DNA from: Candidatus Woesearchaeota archaeon
GTDB lineage: Archaea > Nanobdellota > Nanobdellia > Nanobdellales > CAZNIQ01
DNA: 28,314 nt
Direction of reading: 5' to 3'
Assembly: GCA_964573185.1 (NCBI GenBank)
Contig: CAZNIQ010000006.1
Span: 1 to 28,314, forward strand
Part shown: in pieces, positions 16,720 to 24,962 of the stretch
Layout: each line of letters begins with the position of its first letter
Position numbering within the stretch: the first letter of the stretch is position 1
The notes under the pieces: model-generated
The model's database searches: none
Seen by the model: only the letters and a program-made list of their open reading frames with translations
Told to the model about the DNA's origin: nothing
Program-made: the position numbers and the translations under genes

Positions 16720-17313
16720 ATGGAAGAATGGTTAGTTCCTCCAGAAGAATACATTAAAGCTGGAGTACATTTAGGAACAAGAGTAAAAACAGAAGATATG
16801 AAAAGATTCATTTCAAAGATAAGACCCGATGGTTTAGCAATTATAGATATTGCAAAAACTGATGAAAGGTTGAGATTGGTTTCGAAATTTATATCTAGAT
16901 ACGAGCCAGATCAAATATTGGTTGTTGGAAGGAGAGAAGTTGCTGTAAAGCCTATTCAAATGTTCTCAAAATATACAAAGATAAAAGCTTATCCTGGTAG
17001 GTACCCTCCTGGTGCATTAACGAATCCACAATTAAAGAACTATGTGGATCCCGAAGTAGTGATTATAACGGATCCACTATTAGATAGGAATGCTTTAAAA
17101 GATGCTTATGAAACTGGGAGAATTATAATAGCTTTCTGTGATACAAATAATACTTTTGAGATGATAGATATAGTAATACCAGCTAACAACAAAGGTGCAA
17201 AATCCTTGGCTTTATTATATTGGATTTTAGCTAGGGAATACCTAAGGAACAGAGGAATTATTCCAAAGAAAGGTTCTTTAGACGTTACTTGGGAAGCTTT
17301 TGCTCAAGAATAA
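16720..17313 (+). CDS. rps2: Ribosomal protein uS2
   Basis: Carries YIKAGVHLGTR, DGLAIIDIAKTDERLR and IITDP..D..A..EA....IPIIAFCDTNN-type blocks, at the archaeal uS2 length. Confidence 0.92.
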   Translation: MEEWLVPPEEYIKAGVHLGTRVKTEDMKRFISKIRPDGLAIIDIAKTDERLRLVSKFISRYEPDQILVVGRREVAVKPIQMFSKYTKIKAYPGRYPPGALTNPQLKNYVDPEVVIITDPLLDRNALKDAYETGRIIIAFCDTNNTFEMIDIVIPANNKGAKSLALLYWILAREYLRNRGIIPKKGSLDVTWEAFAQE

Positions 17314-17344
17314 ATTTTTATTTCTCCTTAAACATTAATTTTTA

Positions 17345-17677
17345 ATGTTAGATTTCCTAAAGAGGTTGTTCAAGAAAGAAGAAGATTTCGATATTAATTT
17401 GGAGATGCCAAAGGAAGAGCCCAATTTAGGAATGCAAACTCAACATTTTCCAGAAATGAATCAAGGACCACAGAATATGTTACCACCAGAACAACCGAAG
17501 CTTCCAGAACCTTCTTTAGATTATGGTAAGATGTTTCAGCCGCAAGTACAAACAACAGAGATAGAATATCTCAAACAGCAATTGAATTTGATTAATATGA
17601 AATTGGATACCTTGAATGCCAAGTTAGATCAACTAATGCAAATGTTACAATATATAATGCGTTATGGATATCGCTGA
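17345..17677 (+). CDS. Hypothetical protein: N-terminal amphipathic helix, P/Q/M-rich linker, C-terminal coiled coil
   Basis: 110-aa ORF. MLDFLKRLFKK is followed by a low-complexity PNLGMQTQHFPEMNQGPQNMLPPEQPKLPEP segment and then a heptad-like IEYLKQQLNLINMKLDTLNAKLDQLMQMLQYI. The stop region overlaps the next gene by 14 nt. Confidence 0.45.
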   Translation: MLDFLKRLFKKEEDFDINLEMPKEEPNLGMQTQHFPEMNQGPQNMLPPEQPKLPEPSLDYGKMFQPQVQTTEIEYLKQQLNLINMKLDTLNAKLDQLMQMLQYIMRYGYR

Positions 17678-18371
17678 ATACACTTTTTTAGGGAAAAAAG
17701 GTTATCATCTTTATACTTATATTTTATATCTTTTTCTGGGGCTTCCGCTATTTTATCTTTACTATAAACTTTTGAAGAATAAAATAGATGAAAAGCTATA
17801 TTTATATTCTATTCCAATAATCCTTGCTGGTGTTGTTCTAAGGACGTATGTTGATTTTGGTTATATACCATATAACTTTTTTACAGTAACACCTGGTATT
17901 TGGCTTTGGTACGGGTTTTTAATTTATCTTTTATTAAGAAAATTTCCTTTAGAAAAGCTATCAAAAGTTTTCTGGGTTCTACTAGTAATTCTACTTTTTC
18001 CTTTAATTTTCAAATTCAAAAGTTTAATTTACTTTTTTTACTGGTTATATTTATATGCTCCTTTAGTTCTAATTTTTTATCTATTCTTTAAAGGAATCCC
18101 TTTTTATATAGCTTCAGCCTTACTTTTAGATACAACAGCTTCCATAATAAATGTCCATTACAAAGGTTATTATGAGGAGCATTTGCTTTCAAGAATTTTG
18201 TTAGAAAAAAATCCAATACTGTTTCTTTTGATCAGACTTATTTTAATTTTTTTGATAACCTTATATGCAAAGAAAAGGGATCTATCTTATCTTGAAAAGT
18301 TTTTGTTATTCTTTATTTTTATTCTAGGCCTAGCACCGGGGTTTAGAAACTTTTTAATACTTTTCGCATAA
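17664..18371 (+). CDS. Hypothetical polytopic membrane protein (possibly archaeal DUF63-like; weak)
   Basis: 235-aa ORF with about 7 hydrophobic helices, overlapping the preceding gene. The DUF63 resemblance rests only on the general layout and the N-terminal GY..YT pattern. Confidence 0.55.
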   Translation: MDIAEYTFLGKKGYHLYTYILYLFLGLPLFYLYYKLLKNKIDEKLYLYSIPIILAGVVLRTYVDFGYIPYNFFTVTPGIWLWYGFLIYLLLRKFPLEKLSKVFWVLLVILLFPLIFKFKSLIYFFYWLYLYAPLVLIFYLFFKGIPFYIASALLLDTTASIINVHYKGYYEEHLLSRILLEKNPILFLLIRLILIFLITLYAKKRDLSYLEKFLLFFIFILGLAPGFRNFLILFA

Positions 18372-18383
18372 ATATATTACTAC

Positions 18384-18911
18384 ATGGTAGATATACATCC
18401 CGTGATTGCTGTTGTTGTTGATAAAGTGGGTGGGAATAAAAAGGAAAATGAAAATTCAAGCGAGTACGACGGATGGGCTATTCCTGGTACTACCATAGGT
18501 GTTGGGTTGTATCTTGGTATTGGGATTTCAAGAGATGCTGGAATAACTCCAGATGTCGGTGGCGGCGTCCTTATAGGTAAAACTGGTGTGTATCTAGCAG
18601 GTCATGCATCCATTGGATATAAAGAAGAGGAAGGAAATGGTTTTGGAGTAGGCATTTTATATCCATTTGTAAGGGTTATTGGATTCGAAAGTGCAGCAGC
18701 CGCAACACTAGGATATACTTTACCAGAAGATACTCCGTATTTGACAATAGTTAAAGCAGGTTTTTACTTATTAAGTATCTCTTCTGTCTTATATAGCTTG
18801 TACAGACTTTATAGAAATGAAAATCTTAGAAATCTTTTAAAAAACAAAATGAACAGTGGTATAGAAAAACTAAGAAAAAGTCTTGATAAAATTTTAACTT
18901 CTCTTAAATAA
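18384..18911 (+). CDS. Hypothetical glycine-rich protein with a C-terminal TM helix and basic amphipathic tail
   Basis: 175-aa ORF. Gly/hydrophobic alternation is repeated (IGVGLYLGIGIS, GGGVLIGKTGVYLAGHASIGY, GNGFGVGILYPF). One TM helix follows (YLTIVKAGFYLLSISSVLYSLY). The composition is atypical for this K/E/I-rich proteome. Confidence 0.5.
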   Translation: MVDIHPVIAVVVDKVGGNKKENENSSEYDGWAIPGTTIGVGLYLGIGISRDAGITPDVGGGVLIGKTGVYLAGHASIGYKEEEGNGFGVGILYPFVRVIGFESAAAATLGYTLPEDTPYLTIVKAGFYLLSISSVLYSLYRLYRNENLRNLLKNKMNSGIEKLRKSLDKILTSLK

Positions 18912-21062
18912 AAAATAATCCATCAGAACTATATAATCAAGATGTTCTGTATCTTTAATTAAATATAGCTTTCCATTTCCGATTTCTGAAAGAATTTTTG
19001 CAGTTTTTTCAGCTTCGGGATCAAGATCTATTCCTATAACTGATAATGTCAGACCTTTATTTCTTATTCTTTTTGCAGCTTCAATTGTTTCTTTTACAGG
19101 ATCCTCACCTACAGTCGGAACAGAATCTGTAATTAAAATAATATGTCCTTTGTCCAATATTTTTGAAGCTTCTTCTAAAGCTAAAGCAATATCCGTCAAT
19201 CCTAAAGGAATTAATTTTAGAGCTTCTCTTGAAATTAAGAAGAAATCGTAACAAGGATGTATTTTAGACACTATTTTATCATTGAAAGCTATTAACCCTA
19301 CAGGATTGCCATCCATTATTGATTTATATGAAAATGCTATTGTAGCTTTTTTTGCATCTGAAATTTTCTTTCCTTTCATACTTCCGGATACGTCTAATAA
19401 AATTAAAAATTTCGTACTTGCCAATTTATTCTTAATATTAACTGTTAAAGATTTTATTATATCCCTTTTCCTAATATATTTTCTAATTGTTTCTCTCGGG
19501 TTTATATCAAGATATCTATCTCCTATCGTATATTTTCTGGTATCTATGTATTCTCCGTAAGCCGAAATCAAATCGGATTCATAGATACCATGATATATAA
19601 GACCTCTAAGTTTTAATATCTCTTCTTCTAAAATTTTTAGAGCTACCTTATCTATTTTCTCAAAGTTTATATTGAAGTTTTTATCTAAAAGTTTTTTCTT
19701 CCTTAAAGATCTTATTCTATCAACAATATTCTTGTAAATCTCTCTCTGAAATTCTGGTATTTTTACATTTCTCTTAACAAATTCATAATCATAAGATGTA
19801 AAATATTCCAAAAATTTCTTTCCATACATCTTTTCAGCTTCTTCAGGGTTTGAAGTTATGTTTCTAAAGATGTCATCTGGCTGGAGATTAAGAATACCTT
19901 TATTTAAAGCTTCTTCCAAAATTTTACCTTCCTTTTTATCTATTTCGGTTTCCTTTCTATAAAAACCTTCAGAACCAAACCCTTTTTCAGTAGGAAATAC
20001 TTTTCCCTCTTCTTTAAAATTTTCTTTTTTATTCTCATTAAAATTTACATCAGAACCTTTTTCAGAAGATAAGAATAGTTCCCATTTCTTTTTAATATAC
20101 TCTTTTATATCTGTCTCAAATCTATATGAAGGTTTCAATCTAATTCTGTGTGGTAAAACAGATAATAAGGCTTTTTCAATATCTTTTAACTCCACTTTCT
20201 TTCTGTTATTCATTAATGCAAAGGCTTGAGCTTTTTCATAGATACCTAGTGTAGCTCTTACAGAAGGTTTCTTTTCCAATTTTTCATCTTCTCTTAATTC
20301 TTGTATAAACTTTACAACCAAGTATAACAAACTTTCTGGAAATTCTACTCCCAAATTCTTCCCTTTAGTTTTAACTATTTGTATTTCTTCTTCTAAAGAG
20401 GGGTAAGTCATATAGATGATATCAAATCTGTCTAGTAGAACATCCGATAATCTCTCTGTTCCTGCAAAATCTTCAGGGTTCATTGTTGCAATCAATATAA
20501 AATCTACAGGAATTTCTATTTCAAAGGATCCTATAGTAACTGTCCCTTCCTCCAAAACTTGCAATAAAGCGTTTTGAACCTTAGGAGGAGCTCTATTTAT
20601 CTCGTCGAAAAATAAAACACCTTTATGTGCTCTGAATATCTTACCGGGAATAAATGCTTGAGGGGAAAGAATACCATATTTTAGAGCTTTCATTGGATCT
20701 ATATCACCAATAAGATCTTCTACTGTTAAATCTGGTGAACCTTGAACTCTTACGAATCTCTTTATTCCAGGAATTTCTTCAAAAGGACCAGTTTCCCACT
20801 TTTTCTTTATTTCTTCAGGTACAAAAGGAAATATAGGATCCATCCAATAAGGAACTCCTCTAGGAACCTTTATTTTAGGTAAAAGCTTTGCAACGGATTT
20901 AGCTAAAGTAGTTTTTCCTATTCCGGGAGGTCCTACAATTATAACATGTCTTCCGGCTAATAAAGAAGATATTAATTGTTCCTTAGCTTCTTTTTGACCT
21001 ATTATATCTGGAAATGGATCTTTCCCTTGCCTTAAATATGATAATAAGATTTCTCTTAACAT
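18894..21062 (-). CDS. ChlI/MoxR-like AAA+ ATPase fused to a C-terminal von Willebrand factor A (vWA) domain
   Basis: AAA+ motifs: FPDIIGQKEAK, Walker A GPPGIGKT (aa 44-51), the ChlI-like block DLTVEDLIGDID..AL..G...F.PG...RAHKGVLFFDEINR (Walker B) and LLDRFD. A K/E-rich region of about 220 aa follows. The vWA domain (about aa 551-705) has an intact MIDAS motif: DVSGS, then T in GLTDIA, then D in LITDS. Confidence 0.8.
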   Translation of the reverse strand: MLREILLSYLRQGKDPFPDIIGQKEAKEQLISSLLAGRHVIIVGPPGIGKTTLAKSVAKLLPKIKVPRGVPYWMDPIFPFVPEEIKKKWETGPFEEIPGIKRFVRVQGSPDLTVEDLIGDIDPMKALKYGILSPQAFIPGKIFRAHKGVLFFDEINRAPPKVQNALLQVLEEGTVTIGSFEIEIPVDFILIATMNPEDFAGTERLSDVLLDRFDIIYMTYPSLEEEIQIVKTKGKNLGVEFPESLLYLVVKFIQELREDEKLEKKPSVRATLGIYEKAQAFALMNNRKKVELKDIEKALLSVLPHRIRLKPSYRFETDIKEYIKKKWELFLSSEKGSDVNFNENKKENFKEEGKVFPTEKGFGSEGFYRKETEIDKKEGKILEEALNKGILNLQPDDIFRNITSNPEEAEKMYGKKFLEYFTSYDYEFVKRNVKIPEFQREIYKNIVDRIRSLRKKKLLDKNFNINFEKIDKVALKILEEEILKLRGLIYHGIYESDLISAYGEYIDTRKYTIGDRYLDINPRETIRKYIRKRDIIKSLTVNIKNKLASTKFLILLDVSGSMKGKKISDAKKATIAFSYKSIMDGNPVGLIAFNDKIVSKIHPCYDFFLISREALKLIPLGLTDIALALEEASKILDKGHIILITDSVPTVGEDPVKETIEAAKRIRNKGLTLSVIGIDLDPEAEKTAKILSEIGNGKLYLIKDTEHLDYIVLMDYFLFKRS

Positions 21063-21111
21063 CCTTTTTTGTTGGAATAAAAATATTTTTGAATTAAGTA
21101 CAATATTTATT

Positions 21112-21486
21112 ATGTATTGTGTTGCTAACGTATCCGTAGATCTAACAGGAATACTCTATTTAATCTGCGGATCTAAAATACTAAGTATACTAATATCTAA
21201 AGATCAAGCTTTTTCTATATGGTTAGCATTAAATAAGAAGAAATATGAGAGACCTCTAACACATGATCTATTTGTAGATTTCTTAAAAAGATATGATATA
21301 AAAATATTGAATGCAACAATTTACAGAGAAGAGAATGGTATTTATTTTGCATATATTTGTACCGAAGATTTTTGCTTTGATTCCAGACCTTCAGATGCCG
21401 TAGCAATAGCTTTAAGGCTGGGAATTCCTATCTTTGTAAGGATAGATTTATTTAAAGAAGAAAGATGTTGTATAAATTACTTTTGA
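21112..21486 (+). CDS. Bifunctional nuclease (BFN, DUF151) family protein
   Basis: ERPLTHDLFVDFLK ... IYFAYI ... FDSRPSDAVAIALRLGIPIFV matches the DUF151 pattern RP.THDL ... D.RPSDAIALALR...PI.V. Confidence 0.6.
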   Translation: MYCVANVSVDLTGILYLICGSKILSILISKDQAFSIWLALNKKKYERPLTHDLFVDFLKRYDIKILNATIYREENGIYFAYICTEDFCFDSRPSDAVAIALRLGIPIFVRIDLFKEERCCINYF

Positions 21487-22514
21487 ATTGGTTTAAGAAA
21501 GAGAACATAAGAAAGATCTATGTAGGTAAACTTAAATTTAAAAATTATTTAAATCCGTTTCAACAAATATTGCTAGAGATTTTGATAAAAGATAAAAGGA
21601 TCTCTTTTGAAAAAAATGAAGGATACGTTTATTATTCAGAAGAAAACGTTTCTATTTTAAAATATAAAGGTTCAGAAATATCAGATGCTTCCTTATCAAG
21701 AGAAGGAGTTTTTCCTGATATAGAATTACCAGAATTTCCAAAATTTATAATAGATCTCGCTTTTTATGAGAAACACACTGAGAAAGCTAAAAAGAGATTA
21801 AAGAAACAACTATTGTACTCCCTATTAACAATAAGACAATATCTATGGGACAGGCATTTAGTTTTAACATCTATAAATGATAAAATAAAAGAAGAATTAA
21901 ATAAAAGGTTTGGTCCAAATAAAGTTATTTACTATTATAAGAACGCTTTAGAATTCCTAAAAGAAAATAAAGTAGAATATGCTATTGTTTTAGATCCATA
22001 TGCAAAAGAAGAGCTAACTGAAAAAGAAATTAAAGAAGCTCAAGCTTTTTTGATAGGAGGTATCGTTGATTTGGGTTACGAATGGAAAGGAGCTACAGAA
22101 GAATTATATAAAGGAGTAAATGCTGAATTTAGAAAAATAACATTTTACGGAGACATAAGAGGAGTCCCTGATAGAATAAATAAAATTATTTCAATAATTT
22201 TAAAAGTTAGGTATTTGGATAGAAAAATAGAAGAAGCTATTATTGAAGAACAAACAAGAAGAGATATTCTTCAAAGATTATCTGTTGAATTACCTAAGAG
22301 ATGGATAAGATTACATGCGAGAAATGGAAAATTCTTGTTAATAACAAAAGAGGATTTAGAAGAATTGAATAATATGTTTAAAAGAGATATAAGCGAGTAT
22401 CTTAAAATATTTAATGTCAAGGTTGTTGAAAATACGGATTTTCTAAAAGAATGTAAAGTAATTGAAAAATATGGGAGAAAAATTTACATTTATAATAAGG
22501 AGCTTAAGGTCTGA
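21465..22514 (+). CDS. trm10: Trm10-like SPOUT tRNA (purine-9 N1)-methyltransferase
   Basis: FIIDLAFYEKHTEKAKKRLKKQLLYS....R....HLVLTS followed by AIVLDPYAKEELTEKEIKEAQAFLIGGIVD matches the Trm10 core (iDl.f...M...E...L..QL...y ... l.lts ... LdPda...L.......yIIGGlVD). Its 349 aa is similar to the archaeal Trm10 proteins I recall. Confidence 0.55.
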   Translation: MLYKLLLNWFKKENIRKIYVGKLKFKNYLNPFQQILLEILIKDKRISFEKNEGYVYYSEENVSILKYKGSEISDASLSREGVFPDIELPEFPKFIIDLAFYEKHTEKAKKRLKKQLLYSLLTIRQYLWDRHLVLTSINDKIKEELNKRFGPNKVIYYYKNALEFLKENKVEYAIVLDPYAKEELTEKEIKEAQAFLIGGIVDLGYEWKGATEELYKGVNAEFRKITFYGDIRGVPDRINKIISIILKVRYLDRKIEEAIIEEQTRRDILQRLSVELPKRWIRLHARNGKFLLITKEDLEELNNMFKRDISEYLKIFNVKVVENTDFLKECKVIEKYGRKIYIYNKELKV

Positions 22515-22989
22515 TTTCATATATCTCATAATACGTAACATCATTTTCAGAATCCACTACAGCTAATAGTAATCTTTTCCCTTCTTTTTTAGCCTGCTCC
22601 AGGAGGTTTAAAAAATCTTGCCAGGTCATCGTAGTTTCCTCATAAGTCACATAGCATAGCCAATCTGGATCAGCATATAATGGGTTTGAACCTTTTACCC
22701 AAACATCGATGAATCTCTCTTTTTTAACTTTTATATAATATCCTCTATCTCTTAAATCTCTAAAAACAAAATAAGTATAAAGATCTATATTTAATATTTT
22801 TATGGCTTCACTAAAATCTTTTATCTCTTTGTTATCTTTGATTAATACTCCTCTCCCTTTTTCTATTACATATAATGCTTCATACGGATCATATAAGTAT
22901 CCTCCTTCTACCTTCTTTCCAAATCCAAAAATTCTATCTAATCCAATTATTTTCCCTTCCTTTAAGTATAGTTTTACATTCTTCTCCAT
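22504..22989 (-). CDS. tRNA-splicing endonuclease, structural (beta-like) subunit
   Basis: It has the EndA fold pattern YFVFRDLRDRGYYIK ... KRLLLAVVDSENDVTYYEI. The catalytic Tyr/His positions are not conserved (DVWVKG...DPDWLCYV). It overlaps the catalytic-subunit gene by 16 nt. Confidence 0.7.
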   Translation of the reverse strand: MEKNVKLYLKEGKIIGLDRIFGFGKKVEGGYLYDPYEALYVIEKGRGVLIKDNKEIKDFSEAIKILNIDLYTYFVFRDLRDRGYYIKVKKERFIDVWVKGSNPLYADPDWLCYVTYEETTMTWQDFLNLLEQAKKEGKRLLLAVVDSENDVTYYEIYEIRP

Positions 22990-23489
22990 TCTATTTCTAT
23001 ATATTTTATTTTATCTTTAACAATAGCAATTAAAAGTTTCTTTCTTGTAGAATGTGCCACCCTTATCTTAGCTGAAAATTCATATAAAGTAAATTTATCT
23101 TCTGGTTTTACGGGATAACAAACCCATTTAGAATGTACTTTTCCTTTTATAGGTTTTTGCCCTCTTTCATAAACTCTAAATTCAGAACCAAATTTATATC
23201 CAGTTCCTATGTAGCACCCTCTTTCCCTAAGATCTTTATACACTTTGTACTTAACCAAAAACCTGTGTTCATACTTTTGTGCATATTTTATGAACTCTTC
23301 TCTTGAAATTTCCTTCCCATTTAGTTTTATCTTCAAAATTCCTTTGTCAAAAAGATATAAAGCTTCTATTAATGAAAGGACCAAATAATTCTGTAATTTC
23401 TTTCCGATATAGAATTCTTCATGAATCTTAGAGGCTTCCTTATTTAAAGGAACAAATACTTTATGTTTGATTATTTCTCCCTCTAACAT
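22974..23489 (-). CDS. endA: tRNA-splicing endonuclease, catalytic (alpha) subunit
   Basis: YKVYKDLRERGCYIGTGYKFGSEFRVYERG....KVHSKWVCYPV ... RVAHSTRKKLLIAIV carries the Tyr / His / Lys catalytic triad context of archaeal EndA. Confidence 0.85.
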   Translation of the reverse strand: MLEGEIIKHKVFVPLNKEASKIHEEFYIGKKLQNYLVLSLIEALYLFDKGILKIKLNGKEISREEFIKYAQKYEHRFLVKYKVYKDLRERGCYIGTGYKFGSEFRVYERGQKPIKGKVHSKWVCYPVKPEDKFTLYEFSAKIRVAHSTRKKLLIAIVKDKIKYIEIEWRRM

Positions 23490-23522
23490 TTTTAAAGGAA
23501 TAAAATAAAGTTATTAATACTT

Positions 23523-23606
23523 GCCGCGGTGCCCGAGCGGTCCAAGGGGTCGGGCTTGAGACCCGATGGCCGTAAGGCCTCCGGGGTTCGAATCCCCGCC
23601 GCGGCG
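23523..23606 (+). tRNA. tRNA-Ser (anticodon UGA), class II, no intron, no encoded CCA
   Basis: The cloverleaf was folded by hand. Acceptor GCCGCGG/CCGCGGC with discriminator G. Anticodon stem TCGGG/CCCGA with loop CT-TGA-GA. A 15-nt variable arm contains the GGCC-GTAA-GGCC hairpin. T arm CGGGG-TTCGAAT-CCCCG. The stems are almost entirely G:C. Confidence 0.95.
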
Positions 23607-23770
23607 GAAATTTTAGCTTATATAAATCTTACAGACAGAATTAATATCAAAAGCTTATACAGAATTCTAATTTGTCAAGGAATTCATACGGCTCATCAAA
23701 AAGAAGATTATATGGGCTATTAAGATAAGAAACTTAAGGAAAAAATATTTGACGAAATAACTCTTACTTT

Positions 23771-23782
23771 TTTATATTTTTA
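23771..23782 (+). promoter_or_regulatory. TATA-box candidate for trpS
   Basis: TTTATATTTTTA is centred about 24 nt upstream of the trpS GTG start at 23800. Confidence 0.35.
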
Positions 23783-23799
23783 CATCTTATCGTGTTATT

Positions 23800-24945
23800 G
23801 TGAAGGTTACACCTTGGGAAGTTCAGATTAAAACGGAAGAGGATTACGAAAGGTTAATTAAGGAATTTGGCGTCCAGAAAATTACAGAAGAAATAAAAAA
23901 TAAAATAAAAGAATTAGCTGGTGATTTGCACTTTCTTATTAGAAGGAATTTCTTTTATGCTCATAGAGATTTGGATTTGGCTTTGAAAGATTATGAAGAA
24001 GGAAAAGGTTTCTTTTTATATACAGGTAGGGCACCATCAAAAGCTCCAATGCACATTGGACACTTAATACCCTTTATCCTAACAAAATGGTTTCAAGAGA
24101 AATTCAACGTTAATGTTTATATCATGATTCCGGACGAAGAAAAGTTTTTAGCAAAGAAAGTAGATTCTCTGGAAGAAGTTAAAAAATATGTAGAGCAGGA
24201 TATATTAAATATAATTGCTGTTGGTTTTGATCCTGATAAAACATTTATTTTTATAGATACAGAATACATTAAGCATTTATATAAAGCAGCAGTTTACGTT
24301 GCCAGACATATTAATTTATCTACAGCAAAAGCTGTTTTCGGTTTTACTAATGATACTTCTATAGGCTTAATTTTCTATCCTGCTTTACAAATAGTCCCAA
24401 CATTCTTTGAAAGGAAAAGACCTTTAATTCCCTGTGGTATAGACCAGGATCCTTATTTCAGATTGCAAAGGGATATTGCACCAAAATTGGGATATTACAA
24501 GACAGCAGAGATTCTTTCAAAGTTCGTTTGGGGATTAGAAGGTCCGTATTCAAAGATGTCAGCTTCAAAGCCAGAGACAGCAATAATTTTAACAGGAGAT
24601 CCTGAAAAGGAAGCTAGAAAAGTTTTTAGGGCAGTAACTGGCGGAAGAATCACTTTAGAAGAACAAAGAAAATATGGAGGAGATCCTGAAAAATGTTCTG
24701 TATTTCATTGGTTTAAAATTTTCTTTGAACCGGATGATAAGAAGTTAGAAGAAAGATATTGGAAATGTAAAAATGGAGAATTAACCTGCGGAGAATGTAA
24801 GAGAGAACTATATGAAAGAATAAAGAAGTTCTTAGAGGAACATCAAAAAAGGTTAAGAAGAGCAGAAAGATTAAAAGACAAATTCTTATACGATGGTAAG
24901 CTTGCGCAAGAGATGTGGAACTGGGAATTTAAGGTTTATAAATAA
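23800..24945 (+). CDS. trpS: Tryptophanyl-tRNA synthetase (archaeal/eukaryal type)
   Basis: GTG start. Carries VTPWEV...DYERLIKEFG, HIGH motif PMHIGHLIPF, GIDQDPYFRL and KMSKS motif KMSASK. A C-terminal four-Cys motif is also present (see findings). Confidence 0.92.
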   Translation: MKVTPWEVQIKTEEDYERLIKEFGVQKITEEIKNKIKELAGDLHFLIRRNFFYAHRDLDLALKDYEEGKGFFLYTGRAPSKAPMHIGHLIPFILTKWFQEKFNVNVYIMIPDEEKFLAKKVDSLEEVKKYVEQDILNIIAVGFDPDKTFIFIDTEYIKHLYKAAVYVARHINLSTAKAVFGFTNDTSIGLIFYPALQIVPTFFERKRPLIPCGIDQDPYFRLQRDIAPKLGYYKTAEILSKFVWGLEGPYSKMSASKPETAIILTGDPEKEARKVFRAVTGGRITLEEQRKYGGDPEKCSVFHWFKIFFEPDDKKLEERYWKCKNGELTCGECKRELYERIKKFLEEHQKRLRRAERLKDKFLYDGKLAQEMWNWEFKVYK

Positions 24946-24962
24946 AGAAAATAATTATTTTT

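Noticed and set aside
23529-23723. 64-aa ORF starting inside tRNA-Ser.
   Set aside because: Its first ~26 codons are simply the GC-rich tRNA read as protein (MPERSKGSGLRPDGRKASGVRIPAAA). The remainder has no motif, and the tRNA cloverleaf is unambiguous.
23523-23799. tRNA-Ser 3' end as an attachment site for an integrated element (193-nt non-coding stretch downstream).
   Set aside because: There is no integrase, no direct repeat of the tRNA 3' end elsewhere in the window, and the next gene is housekeeping trpS with its own TATA-like box.
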